From a virus (taxonomy: Duplodnaviria > Caudoviricetes), in IMG/VR virus record IMGVR_UViG_3300032218_000796, positions 1-27,359 of that record: a DNA stretch of 27,359 bases. The stretch is one strand, 5' to 3'. The first letter of the stretch is position 1. Every line of letters begins with the position of its first letter. Position numbers and translations under genes: made by a program. The notes under the pieces were generated by a model, which worked only from the letters and a program-made list of their open reading frames with translations, was not told where the DNA came from and did not search any database. Of the stretch, positions 16,778 through 25,142 are shown piece after piece.

Positions 16778-16860
16778 CACGATGGGAAAAATTCGAGCGG
16801 GTTATGTTCTTGTTGGGTGTGATTGTCGTACTGCTAGATCTTTATGTATGGCGGCCATGA
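16774..16860 (+). CDS. 28-aa membrane microprotein MTRWEKFERVMFLLGVIVVLLDLYVWRP
   Basis: Not in the ORF track; ATGA overlap, SD GGAG 8 nt upstream, one hydrophobic helix. Confidence 0.7.
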   Translation: MTRWEKFERVMFLLGVIVVLLDLYVWRP

Positions 16861-16871
16861 GCACCCCCAAC

Positions 16872-16900
16872 TTGACAACCACATGTCAATCTGTTATAGT
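16872..16900 (+). promoter_or_regulatory. Strong sigma70 early promoter
   Basis: TTGACA - 17 bp - TATAGT with TGn; shares CAACTTGACAACC with the promoter at 16121. Confidence 0.8.
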
Positions 16901-16938
16901 TCAGTTTGTGTTAGTTAATTGTGTAAGTAATCGGTACA

Positions 16939-16957
16939 ACTTCATATCATATGAAGC
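16939..16957. promoter_or_regulatory. Palindrome, copy 5 (18/19)
   Basis: ACTTCATATCATATGAAGC, upstream of the RBS of 16982. Confidence 0.8.
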
Positions 16958-16981
16958 TACCATCAACCAAAGGAAATCATC

Positions 16982-17872
16982 ATGAGTAATTTTGCAATCG
17001 ACTTGGGCAACTTCAGTGTGTCCAAACTCTCAAGCTCTGCGCTTATCGTCAACTTGTCCTTGTCTGTATGGACGGGACGCAAACTGGACAAGCGTGTGTC
17101 TGAGGAAGTTGACCAACAGAACAGCACCAAAACCCGTGCCGGTAACTACCACAAGAACTTGTTGGCAGGTTCTAGCAAGCTGACCGAGATCACCAAGATC
17201 GCCAATGCCATACGTGGATGGATGTATGGCGTAACGCAACCATGGGGTGACAATGGCGACCGCATCTTGAACATGGCCTACTTCATGGAGTTCAAGGATC
17301 GACTGACCGACTACGAGTCTCAGTTCTCAACTGCTGTCAACAACTTTCTCAGTGACTACGACACACTGGTCGCCGCCGCCGCTTTCCAACTCGGTGACTT
17401 GTTCAATCGTGAGGACTATCCGACACGTGAGACCATCGAGGCCAAGTTTGGGTTCCGCTACAGCATGATCCCACTGCCTCAGTCCGGTGACTTTCGTGTA
17501 GACATAGGCGAGGATGGCCTCAAGGAATTGCAGTCCCAGTACGAGTCCGTCTTACAGCAACGTGTTACTGGTGCAATGACCGAGGCATGGGATAGGTTGC
17601 ATGACTGCCTGTCACGTATGTCAGAACGTCTTGAGGATAGCGATGACGGCAAGCGTAAGATTTTCCGTGACTCTCTTGTCGAGAATGCCATCGAGATCTG
17701 CGGCCTACTCAAGTCCTTCAACATCACCAACGACACACGTATGGATGAGATGCGTAAGCAACTCGAAGATGCTATGCGTGGTGTAGATGCTGAATCACTA
17801 CGTGACAGCGACTCTCTGCGTGAGCAGACCAAACGTAAAGTTGACAACATCTTGTCTAAGTTCGATCTATAA
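16982..17872 (+). CDS. DUF3150-like helical protein
   Basis: IVNLSLSVWTGRKLDK...DYP....KF pattern recognised from memory; upstream of the AAA+/VWA pair. Confidence 0.6.
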   Translation: MSNFAIDLGNFSVSKLSSSALIVNLSLSVWTGRKLDKRVSEEVDQQNSTKTRAGNYHKNLLAGSSKLTEITKIANAIRGWMYGVTQPWGDNGDRILNMAYFMEFKDRLTDYESQFSTAVNNFLSDYDTLVAAAAFQLGDLFNREDYPTRETIEAKFGFRYSMIPLPQSGDFRVDIGEDGLKELQSQYESVLQQRVTGAMTEAWDRLHDCLSRMSERLEDSDDGKRKIFRDSLVENAIEICGLLKSFNITNDTRMDEMRKQLEDAMRGVDAESLRDSDSLREQTKRKVDNILSKFDL

Positions 17873-17880
17873 CGTATAAT
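17852..17880 (+). promoter_or_regulatory. Candidate internal sigma70 promoter for the AAA+ gene
   Basis: TTGTCT - 17 bp - TATAAT. Confidence 0.5.
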
Positions 17881-17888
17881 TACGTCTT

Positions 17889-17910
17889 GCTTCATATCAT
17901 ATTAACCAAC
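17889..17910 (+). promoter_or_regulatory. Degenerate palindrome, copy 6
   Basis: GCTTCATATCATATTAACCAAC, identical to the 22-mer at 19008-19029. Confidence 0.75.
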
Positions 17911-17922
17911 TGAAAGTAAATC

Positions 17923-19005
17923 ATGTACAACTCAATCACTCTCAAACAATGTGCTGACCTTATCGCCGCCGTAGGCGACAAACAAACTGTCCTAGTGCAG
18001 GGCGAGATGGGCATCGGCAAGTCTGCCATCCTCAAGATGCTCAAGTCTTACCCTCAGTTTAAGGACGCGTTCTTTTGCTACGTGGACATCACTACCAAAG
18101 ATGTTGGTGACTTCATCATTCCCAAGATCCGCACCATAGACGGTAATGAGGTCTGCTCATTCATACCCAACGAAGAGTTCGGGTTCCACTTCAAGGGCAA
18201 GAAAGTTGTCATGATGCTCGATGAGATCGGCAAGGCACGTGGTGGTGTGATGAACGCATGCTTACGTCTGATGAACGAGCGTGGTCTAGGCGTTGACCAA
18301 CTGACCGAGGGTAGTGTCGTGTTTGGTACAACCAACTTGTCTGTCGAGGGACTAGGTGACAACGTGCCGCCACATGCTCTCAATAGGGTAACCCGTGTTC
18401 GTGTCAAGAAGTCTGACGCACCGACATGGATCGAGGACTACGCTATACCTATGGGCATCAACCCCGTCATCATTGGCACTGTCGCTGAGTACCCCGAGAT
18501 GTTTGCATCGTTCGAGGACTACGAGAAGCCCGAGCAGAATCCCTACATCAGTGATCCCCGTACTGTACGTGGTGCTGTTGTGACACACCGTTCTATGGAA
18601 CGTGCCGCCTATGTGTATGAGCATACCCGTATCTTGGGTGATGATGTGATGTGTCACGCACTGGCTGGTACTGTGGGTGAATCGGCAATGCACAACATCT
18701 TGACGATGGACAAGATGGACTCACAACTTACACCATGGGATGAGTTGATCAAGTCCCCCGAGACTGCCGTTGTGCCTACGTCTGCCGCCGCTACATGTAT
18801 GTTAGTTGCCAAGGCCGTGCACCGTATCGAGAACAGCAACATCGTTGCATGGATGAAGTTCTTGAATCGCATCCCCAAGGAAGCGCAGGGTTTGTTTGCC
18901 CGTAGCGTTATGTCAGAGAAGTGTCCCAAGCGTTTGGTTGCCGCACGTAACACTGAGTTTGCGTTGTGGGCATCCGCTAATAACTTCATGTTCGCCAAGC
19001 AGTAA
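17923..19005 (+). CDS. MoxR/AAA_5-type AAA+ ATPase
   Basis: Walker A GEMGIGKS, Walker B MMLDE, sensor-1 GTTN, ALNR Arg finger. Confidence 0.85.
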   Translation: MYNSITLKQCADLIAAVGDKQTVLVQGEMGIGKSAILKMLKSYPQFKDAFFCYVDITTKDVGDFIIPKIRTIDGNEVCSFIPNEEFGFHFKGKKVVMMLDEIGKARGGVMNACLRLMNERGLGVDQLTEGSVVFGTTNLSVEGLGDNVPPHALNRVTRVRVKKSDAPTWIEDYAIPMGINPVIIGTVAEYPEMFASFEDYEKPEQNPYISDPRTVRGAVVTHRSMERAAYVYEHTRILGDDVMCHALAGTVGESAMHNILTMDKMDSQLTPWDELIKSPETAVVPTSAAATCMLVAKAVHRIENSNIVAWMKFLNRIPKEAQGLFARSVMSEKCPKRLVAARNTEFALWASANNFMFAKQ

Positions 19006-19007
19006 CA

Positions 19008-19029
19008 GCTTCATATCATATTAACCAAC
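19008..19029 (+). promoter_or_regulatory. Degenerate palindrome, copy 7
   Basis: GCTTCATATCATATTAACCAAC directly before SD GGAG. Confidence 0.75.
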
Positions 19030-19039
19030 GGAGATACCT

Positions 19040-20236
19040 ATGTCATTCTTAACACAACTCAACACGTTGACACCTATGCAACGTATCCAACGGTCACACG
19101 TTGAACTGATGGGACATGCCGACACCATGGAGTATGCGTCTGTCATCATGGTCGGTAAGTACGAAGTGCGTGATGATGTACCTACTGCATGCACTAACGG
19201 CATCGACTGTAAGTACGGCAGTAAGTTCATCAAGGACATGTGTGACTCTGACTTGCGTGGTCTCATCATGCACGAGAATCTGCACAAGACGTTTCAGCAC
19301 ATGTTCTTGTGGCAACATCTCTACAAGGAAGATGGCCGCACTGCTAACATGGCATGCGACTACGTGATCAACATCATCATTGACGATATACGTAAGCGTA
19401 CTGGTGGGTTCGTTACTCTGCCCAAGGGTGGGTTGCTTGACCGTAGGTTCGAGGGTATGAGTTCACAAGAGGTCTACAACATCTTGCGAGAAGAGAAGGG
19501 CGATGATGATGGCGATGGTGGTGAAGGTGGTGAAGGTGGTGATGGGTTCGATGACCATGATTGGCAGTCCGGTGACGCTATGTCTCAGGAAGAGATCGAG
19601 CAAGTTGCCAAGGACATCAACCAAGCTATCCGTCAAGGTCAACTCATGGCGGGTAAGTTAGGTGGCAATCAGTCACGTGCATTGGGTTCACTCACCGAGC
19701 CAAAGGTTAACTGGCGTGAACAGTTACGTGAGTTCGTTTCATCCACTGCTGTAGGCAAGGACATCTCTACGTGGCAACGTGTTAGCCGTAGATGGTTACA
19801 GCACGACGTCTACATGCCCTCTACTATCACCGAGAATGTTGGCCGCATCGTGGTTGCTATTGATACGTCCGGTTCTATTGGTCAAGCTGAGTTGTCCAAG
19901 TTCTTGTCAGAGGTGCAGGGTATCTGCATCAACACCAAGCCCGAGAAGGTTGACTTGTTGTATTGGGACACTGAGGTGGCCGCACACGAGGTGTACACAC
20001 AAGAACAACTTGATAAGCTGACATCATCTACTAAGCCCGCCGGTGGTGGTGGCACTGACGTGGCATGCGTGTCCAAGTATCTCAAGGACAATCAGATTCG
20101 TCCTGAGTGTGTGATCGTCTTGACTGACGGTTACATCTACGGTGATTGGGGTACATGGAATGCCCCTGTGCTGTGGACTATCGTAGGTGGTAACAAAGTT
20201 GTACCTCCCATGGGTACGACCATCCATCTCGATTAA
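19040..20236 (+). CDS. Putative metallopeptidase-VWA protein (DUF2201-like)
   Basis: PTACT, HENLH (HExxH), NMACDYVIN, acidic Gly linker, MIDAS DTSGS, GGGTD and LTDGY. Confidence 0.85.
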   Translation: MSFLTQLNTLTPMQRIQRSHVELMGHADTMEYASVIMVGKYEVRDDVPTACTNGIDCKYGSKFIKDMCDSDLRGLIMHENLHKTFQHMFLWQHLYKEDGRTANMACDYVINIIIDDIRKRTGGFVTLPKGGLLDRRFEGMSSQEVYNILREEKGDDDGDGGEGGEGGDGFDDHDWQSGDAMSQEEIEQVAKDINQAIRQGQLMAGKLGGNQSRALGSLTEPKVNWREQLREFVSSTAVGKDISTWQRVSRRWLQHDVYMPSTITENVGRIVVAIDTSGSIGQAELSKFLSEVQGICINTKPEKVDLLYWDTEVAAHEVYTQEQLDKLTSSTKPAGGGGTDVACVSKYLKDNQIRPECVIVLTDGYIYGDWGTWNAPVLWTIVGGNKVVPPMGTTIHLD

Positions 20237-20242
20237 CGTATC

Positions 20243-20261
20243 GGTCTCTCCCAAAGAGACC
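20243..20261 (+). other. Intergenic hairpin
   Basis: GGTCTCT-CCCAA-AGAGACC with a weak U-tail. Confidence 0.4.
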
Positions 20262-20299
20262 TGTTCCCTCCCTCCCCCTAAAACTTTTGAAAGTAAATC

Positions 20300-21202
20300 A
20301 TGAAAACTACACGCGAAAACTTTATTGGTCAGATTGATTTTGACCGCTTCCAACGTAACGCAGAGAAGGCACGTGAGCTTGGTCACGAGCATTGGATCGG
20401 TGACATCCCTGTGCATAAAGATTTGTTGCCGTTCTTCAAGGCATTCAAAGACAAACGCTACAACATTGTGCCGTGCGTTGATGATGCGTCTAAGCCTTTT
20501 TGGAGACGTGACACCGTTGACGGTGAGATGATTGCCGTGCCCGTGTATTACACACTAGGCATTACGTTCCCTGATGCGACTGACTTTAGATCAGGCAAGA
20601 TACACGTCATACACGATGGCAATGATCCGCAGTATTGCGTGGAGTCCAAGAAGATTGAGAACGAGAAGTATGCTTGCCACAGCGGGGGCTTTCACATCCG
20701 TCAATCCAAAGATGTTAAGAAAGCACTGAAGATTGCGATGACTTTTCTCAAGCCACTTGGGTACGATGACATACTAGGTAACTGCCTCAACCAACTTACT
20801 CACGGCATCAATGAGTTGCGTTCTCCCGCACGTGAGAAGCTACACGATAACCTGAGCATTCAGCGTAACGAGATAGCACAAGAAGTTGCTCACATGATTG
20901 CATCGGGGTATGTACCAAGTACAAAAGCATTTAAAGATGCGTTAGACTTGCTAGTCAAGGAAGGTGCAGAGCTTAAACGTATGCAGGACTACAAACCCCG
21001 TGCATGCTTTGTTTGGGTTAAGCCTAACAGTCTTTCGTACAAGTTCACTGAGGAACAACATGTTACTGAGTGCACTAGCATGGATGACGTGCCGGAGTTC
21101 GTTCGTAATAAGTTAGCCGTGTTGCAGATCGCAAAGAACGGTGATGCTATTGCGGATGTTGGCATCCGTGTGTCAGACATTACATATTGGGTGTTCGCAT
21201 GA
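20300..21202 (+). CDS. Hypothetical protein (300 aa)
   Basis: Leader TGAAAGTAAATCATG is identical to that of the AAA+ gene. Confidence 0.8.
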   Translation: MKTTRENFIGQIDFDRFQRNAEKARELGHEHWIGDIPVHKDLLPFFKAFKDKRYNIVPCVDDASKPFWRRDTVDGEMIAVPVYYTLGITFPDATDFRSGKIHVIHDGNDPQYCVESKKIENEKYACHSGGFHIRQSKDVKKALKIAMTFLKPLGYDDILGNCLNQLTHGINELRSPAREKLHDNLSIQRNEIAQEVAHMIASGYVPSTKAFKDALDLLVKEGAELKRMQDYKPRACFVWVKPNSLSYKFTEEQHVTECTSMDDVPEFVRNKLAVLQIAKNGDAIADVGIRVSDITYWVFA

Positions 21203-21564
21203 CCGATGATGATCTGATGAAACTGCGTGTGGAGATGGCACTACAAGAGGTGCAGATTAAGTTCGAAGCACAGTGCAACTTACGTGAATGGACGTGGATG
21301 ATGCAGAAAGGTGAGATCAAAACAAACGATGTTATTCGTGTGGAGGTCAATGACAACGGTACAGTTAATTTGTATGACTTCACATTACCAAGCAAGGGAG
21401 GAGTGAAACGTTTAGACATGTCACAAGAAGATGTAGAGCCGTGGATCATGGAGACAATATCCATGCTACGTATTGCAAAGACAAATGATTTAGTACCCGA
21501 GTTGGGATTCAAAATATCCGATACCTTGTACTACATATTAAACAGAGAAGGAGAGATGAGATGA
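21199..21564 (+). CDS. Hypothetical protein, paralogous to the C-terminal domain of 20300-21202
   Basis: Start reassigned to ATG 21199 (ATGA overlap). Confidence 0.75.
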   Translation: MTDDDLMKLRVEMALQEVQIKFEAQCNLREWTWMMQKGEIKTNDVIRVEVNDNGTVNLYDFTLPSKGGVKRLDMSQEDVEPWIMETISMLRIAKTNDLVPELGFKISDTLYYILNREGEMR

Positions 21565-21767
21565 GAGATGTATATAGAACAAAGACAGGCATTGAGATTG
21601 GTTGCATGTATCAGGAACCATTACGCCAACTGAACTCTGACGAGGAAGAAATTCAGAGAGCATTACTTGAGGGTGGCGGGCCAGATTACGTGTCGATAAC
21701 ACTGTACATAATGTTTTTAGTTGTGTTGTTCACAACGCTGGCGCTAACACTTGGGAGTGGACGATGA
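21561..21767 (+). CDS. Small protein with a C-terminal TM helix
   Basis: ATGA coupling; TKTGIEIGCMY motif plus a hydrophobic tail. Confidence 0.7.
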   Translation: MRDVYRTKTGIEIGCMYQEPLRQLNSDEEEIQRALLEGGGPDYVSITLYIMFLVVLFTTLALTLGSGR

Positions 21768-21976
21768 ATGAAAATGAGAGCAACTTACATGACTTGTTCG
21801 CAGGGTTTGCAATGATGGCACTGCTAAACAAAGCACCTAAGAGTGCAACACCTGACGAGATGGCATACGTTGCATACGAGCAAGCAGATGCCATGCTTGA
21901 AGAGCGTAAGAGCAGACGCAACATACAAGAGGGCGGTATCGCCGACATACTTTCTAAATGGGGGGATGAGCAATGA
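21764..21976 (+). CDS. Conserved small phage protein (DLFA..AM...AYEQADAML)
   Basis: Recognisable motif; ATGA coupling. Confidence 0.75.
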   Translation: MNENESNLHDLFAGFAMMALLNKAPKSATPDEMAYVAYEQADAMLEERKSRRNIQEGGIADILSKWGDEQ

Positions 21977-22161
21977 GTGGGTTCGTTAAGCAACAACTTG
22001 ATATAGGTAGTAGACAACCACTGCACAAGTACAAGATGTGTAGCAAGTGTGATGTAGATAAACCGCCGGAGGGTGGGATTGATATGGGACACAAGTGGAT
22101 ATGCGCCCATTGTTGGGTGGCACGTAAGACATCAGCTAACTTAAAGGAGTATAGAAAATGA
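21973..22161 (+). CDS. Small Zn-finger protein
   Basis: CSKC...WICAHC. Confidence 0.7.
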   Translation: MSGFVKQQLDIGSRQPLHKYKMCSKCDVDKPPEGGIDMGHKWICAHCWVARKTSANLKEYRK

Positions 22162-22460
22162 TGACACCGGAGAAGAAAGTAAAGATGAAGGTAGTGGAGG
22201 TACTCAAAGAGTTTGGAGCGTATTACTTCTACGCATCAACTGGCGGGTATGGAGCGTCAGGTGTGCCCGACATCATCTGTTGTTACAAGGGTAGATTCCT
22301 TGGCATCGAGTGCAAGGCAGGTAAGGGGAAGACAACTGCACTACAGGAAAAGAACATAGCGCAGATCATTGCACAGGGTGGGTTGGCTGTAGTGGTCAAC
22401 GAGAACAACATAGAAGAGGTTCGTATTTTATTGGGGTACTTATCAAGAGGTGGCAAATGA
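22158..22460 (+). CDS. VRR-NUC domain nuclease
   Basis: GVPDII...GIECK...TTALQ PD-(D/E)xK signature. Confidence 0.88.
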   Translation: MMTPEKKVKMKVVEVLKEFGAYYFYASTGGYGASGVPDIICCYKGRFLGIECKAGKGKTTALQEKNIAQIIAQGGLAVVVNENNIEEVRILLGYLSRGGK

Positions 22461-23047
22461 ATACAGTAATGGAAGACAAGATCAAGCAAGCATTTGAAGA
22501 GTGGAAACAAACTGAACAACCAAAGGAAACTATCGTGGATACACAATCAAAAAATCAAAAGCTGTCAAACATGTTATTGGATATGATTTCAAAACATCCC
22601 GGGATAACTGGTAAAGCGTTACGTGCATACGTTGCGAAGGAAGTGCCAACCGTACCTATCTCTTATGTACCTGCAATCCTCAAAGGTTTTTATGACAAGA
22701 ACTTTGTGAATCGTATTGAGGTAGCCCCTGATGGTGAGCAAGGCAGGACAACATTTTCCTACACAGCAGTTCCCGTAGCAGTACGTGCCACTATGCCCAA
22801 GCGTCCCAAAACCAAGGCATATACAAAGGGTAAGAACAAACCCAAGGCAGTAGTCGTACCCAAGCAAGAGAAAGGTATTGATACGTTAGTACCCGCAGAG
22901 CGCGTGGTCACGCACCCACTGGCTGTTGGTGCAACAACTGTATATATAACTATCCGCACAGGTAACGAGACAACGTACTCATTGAAGTTGGATGAGGCCA
23001 AGGTGATCTATCAACAACTCAACCAAATCTTTGGAGGTGCGCGATGA
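22457..23047 (+). CDS. Putative winged-helix DNA-binding protein
   Basis: LLDMISKHPGITGKAL...VPAILKGFYDKNFVNR wHTH-like segment followed by a basic linker. Confidence 0.55.
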   Translation: MNTVMEDKIKQAFEEWKQTEQPKETIVDTQSKNQKLSNMLLDMISKHPGITGKALRAYVAKEVPTVPISYVPAILKGFYDKNFVNRIEVAPDGEQGRTTFSYTAVPVAVRATMPKRPKTKAYTKGKNKPKAVVVPKQEKGIDTLVPAERVVTHPLAVGATTVYITIRTGNETTYSLKLDEAKVIYQQLNQIFGGAR

Positions 23048-23322
23048 GCATTGATAAAGAATTGAAAGACAGATTACAAGCAACTACTGCTACTGAGTAC
23101 GCACCCCGTATGTTCGGGGAAGTATTTGCTGATGGGCAATTCCGTGGTTCCTACAAGCTAGATGACGTACCAAACCATGCCATGGTGATAGGTGACTATC
23201 TGTTGTGGACGTTGGACGGTGAAGACATTGGCATTGGGTTTCGCCCGACAGGTGAGATGGGTATCTTTAAGGTGGCTGACTTTGAGCCGTACTTGAAGGC
23301 GTTCTTTGGGCTGAACTTCTAA
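23044..23322 (+). CDS. Hypothetical protein
   Basis: SD GGAGG; coupled to both neighbours. Confidence 0.7.
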   Translation: MSIDKELKDRLQATTATEYAPRMFGEVFADGQFRGSYKLDDVPNHAMVIGDYLLWTLDGEDIGIGFRPTGEMGIFKVADFEPYLKAFFGLNF

Positions 23323-25142
23323 TGAATCTCATAACACTAGACTTTGAGACGTACTACACCAACAAGGACTTGGGGTTCAAAACCCAAACGACTGAGGAGT
23401 ATGTACGTGATCCCCGATTCGAGGTGATCGGGGTAGCGGTCAAGGTTAACGATGAGCCAACACAATGGTGCAGTGATTCGTTGGATGAGATCGACCTTTG
23501 GTTACACCAATTCGATTGGGACAATAGCATGGTGGTTGCACACAATGCGTTGTTCGACATGGCTATATTGAACTGGCACTTTGATATTAGACCTAAAGCT
23601 ATCGCTGACACACTGAGCATGGCACGTGCTATCAATGGCATTGAGGTAGGCAACAGTCTCAAGAAGTTGGCAGTGCACTACAACTTAGGCGTTAAGGGTA
23701 CTGAGGTGGTAGACGCTATCAACCTGCGGCGGCGTGACTTCTCAGAGCAACAGCTTGCAGAGTATGGGGCGTACTGTATCAATGACGTTGACCTGACGTA
23801 CGACTTGTTCCTGACCCTACTACCTATGTTTCAGAAGGTAGAGTTGAAGTTGATTGATCTAACCATACGGATGTTTACAGAGCCACAGCTCCGCCTAGAT
23901 GAATCTCTCTTACAGCAACATCTTTTAGAGGTGAAGGAACGTAAGAAGATCCTGCTGGACAGTTGCGGTGCTGACCTTGAAGACTTGATGAGTAACCAAA
24001 AGTTTGCCGAGGTTTTGCGTGGGCTAGGCGTTGAGCCGCCTATGAAGATCAGTCTGACTACGGGTAAGGAAGCGTTGGCTTTGGCTAAGTCTGATGAAGG
24101 GTTCAAGGCTTTGGCTGATCACCCTGATGAGCGCGTACAGACACTTGTTGCCGCAAGATTGGGTAACAAGACTACGTTGGAAGAGACACGTACTGAGCGT
24201 CTCATTGGGATTGCGGGAAGGGGAAAGATACCTGTTCCCCTTTCTTACTACGCCGCACACACGGGGCGTTGGGGAGGGGCTGACAAGATCAATTTCCAAA
24301 ACTTTCCCTCACGTGGCGAGAACGCAGGGAAGCTCAAGAAGGCCATCCTTGCACCTGAAGGTCACGTCATCATTGACTGTGATTCTGCGCAGATTGAGGC
24401 GCGGGTGCTTGCATGGTTTGCACAACAAGACGATTTGGTGGAGGCATTTGCAAATGGCGAGGACGTATACAAAATCATGGCATCGGCTATATACGCTAAG
24501 ACGCGAGAAGAAGTTACTGCCAGTGAGAGATTCGTTGGTAAAACCACCATTCTTGGTGCGGGCTATGGAATGGGCAGTGCGAAGTTCCAAACGCAACTCA
24601 AGACTTTCGGTGTGTCGGTCAGTGCAGAGGAGTCTGCAAGGATTATCTCTGCCTATCGTGAAACCTATCCTAGTATCCCCACCCTATGGAAGTCCGGTTC
24701 CACGGCGATTGATGCTATGACCAAGAAACGTACTGCCACATGGGGCAATGGTTGTATCAGCATAGGTGCAGAGGGAATCCTCATGCCTAACGGGTTGTAT
24801 CAAAGATACCCAAACTTGCGAAAAGTACGAGACAAAGACGGCAAAGACCAGTATATTTATGACTCACGCAAAGGCGCGGTGAAGCTATACGGCGGCAAGT
24901 TGACAGAGAACATTTGTCAGGGTTTGGCACGTTGCATCATTGGCGAACAGCTAATCAAGATCAGCAGGAAGTATCGTGTGGTACTCACTGTTCATGATGC
25001 TGTGGCGTGTGTTGCACCAAAAGAAGAAGCTAAAGAAGCTATGGCATACGTAATGGAGTGCATGCGATTTGTACCCTCATGGGCACAAGGCATTCCGTTG
25101 AATTGCGAAGCGGGAATGGGAGAGAGTTATGGAGATTGCTAA
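23322..25142 (+). CDS. polA: Family A DNA polymerase with 3'-5' exonuclease
   Basis: LDFET, AHNALFD, YCINDV, HTGRW, DSAQIEARV (motif A), KTTILGAGYG (motif B), TVHDA (motif C). Confidence 0.95.
   Translation: MNLITLDFETYYTNKDLGFKTQTTEEYVRDPRFEVIGVAVKVNDEPTQWCSDSLDEIDLWLHQFDWDNSMVVAHNALFDMAILNWHFDIRPKAIADTLSMARAINGIEVGNSLKKLAVHYNLGVKGTEVVDAINLRRRDFSEQQLAEYGAYCINDVDLTYDLFLTLLPMFQKVELKLIDLTIRMFTEPQLRLDESLLQQHLLEVKERKKILLDSCGADLEDLMSNQKFAEVLRGLGVEPPMKISLTTGKEALALAKSDEGFKALADHPDERVQTLVAARLGNKTTLEETRTERLIGIAGRGKIPVPLSYYAAHTGRWGGADKINFQNFPSRGENAGKLKKAILAPEGHVIIDCDSAQIEARVLAWFAQQDDLVEAFANGEDVYKIMASAIYAKTREEVTASERFVGKTTILGAGYGMGSAKFQTQLKTFGVSVSAEESARIISAYRETYPSIPTLWKSGSTAIDAMTKKRTATWGNGCISIGAEGILMPNGLYQRYPNLRKVRDKDGKDQYIYDSRKGAVKLYGGKLTENICQGLARCIIGEQLIKISRKYRVVLTVHDAVACVAPKEEAKEAMAYVMECMRFVPSWAQGIPLNCEAGMGESYGDC

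Noticed and set aside
16782-16985. 67-aa ORF in the track
   Set aside because: Runs through a promoter and a palindrome; the 28-aa ORF in another frame has better coupling and RBS.
19500-19550. GGTGGTGAA-type short tandem repeat
   Set aside because: Encodes the ordinary acidic Gly linker between the peptidase and VWA domains.
20261-20270. CTGTTCCCTC matching part of the 29-bp repeat
   Set aside because: A single 10-mer match is compatible with chance.
24094-24720. 208-aa alternative-frame ORF inside polA
   Set aside because: No recognisable motif; Arg/Ser/Leu-rich composition typical of an off-frame reading.
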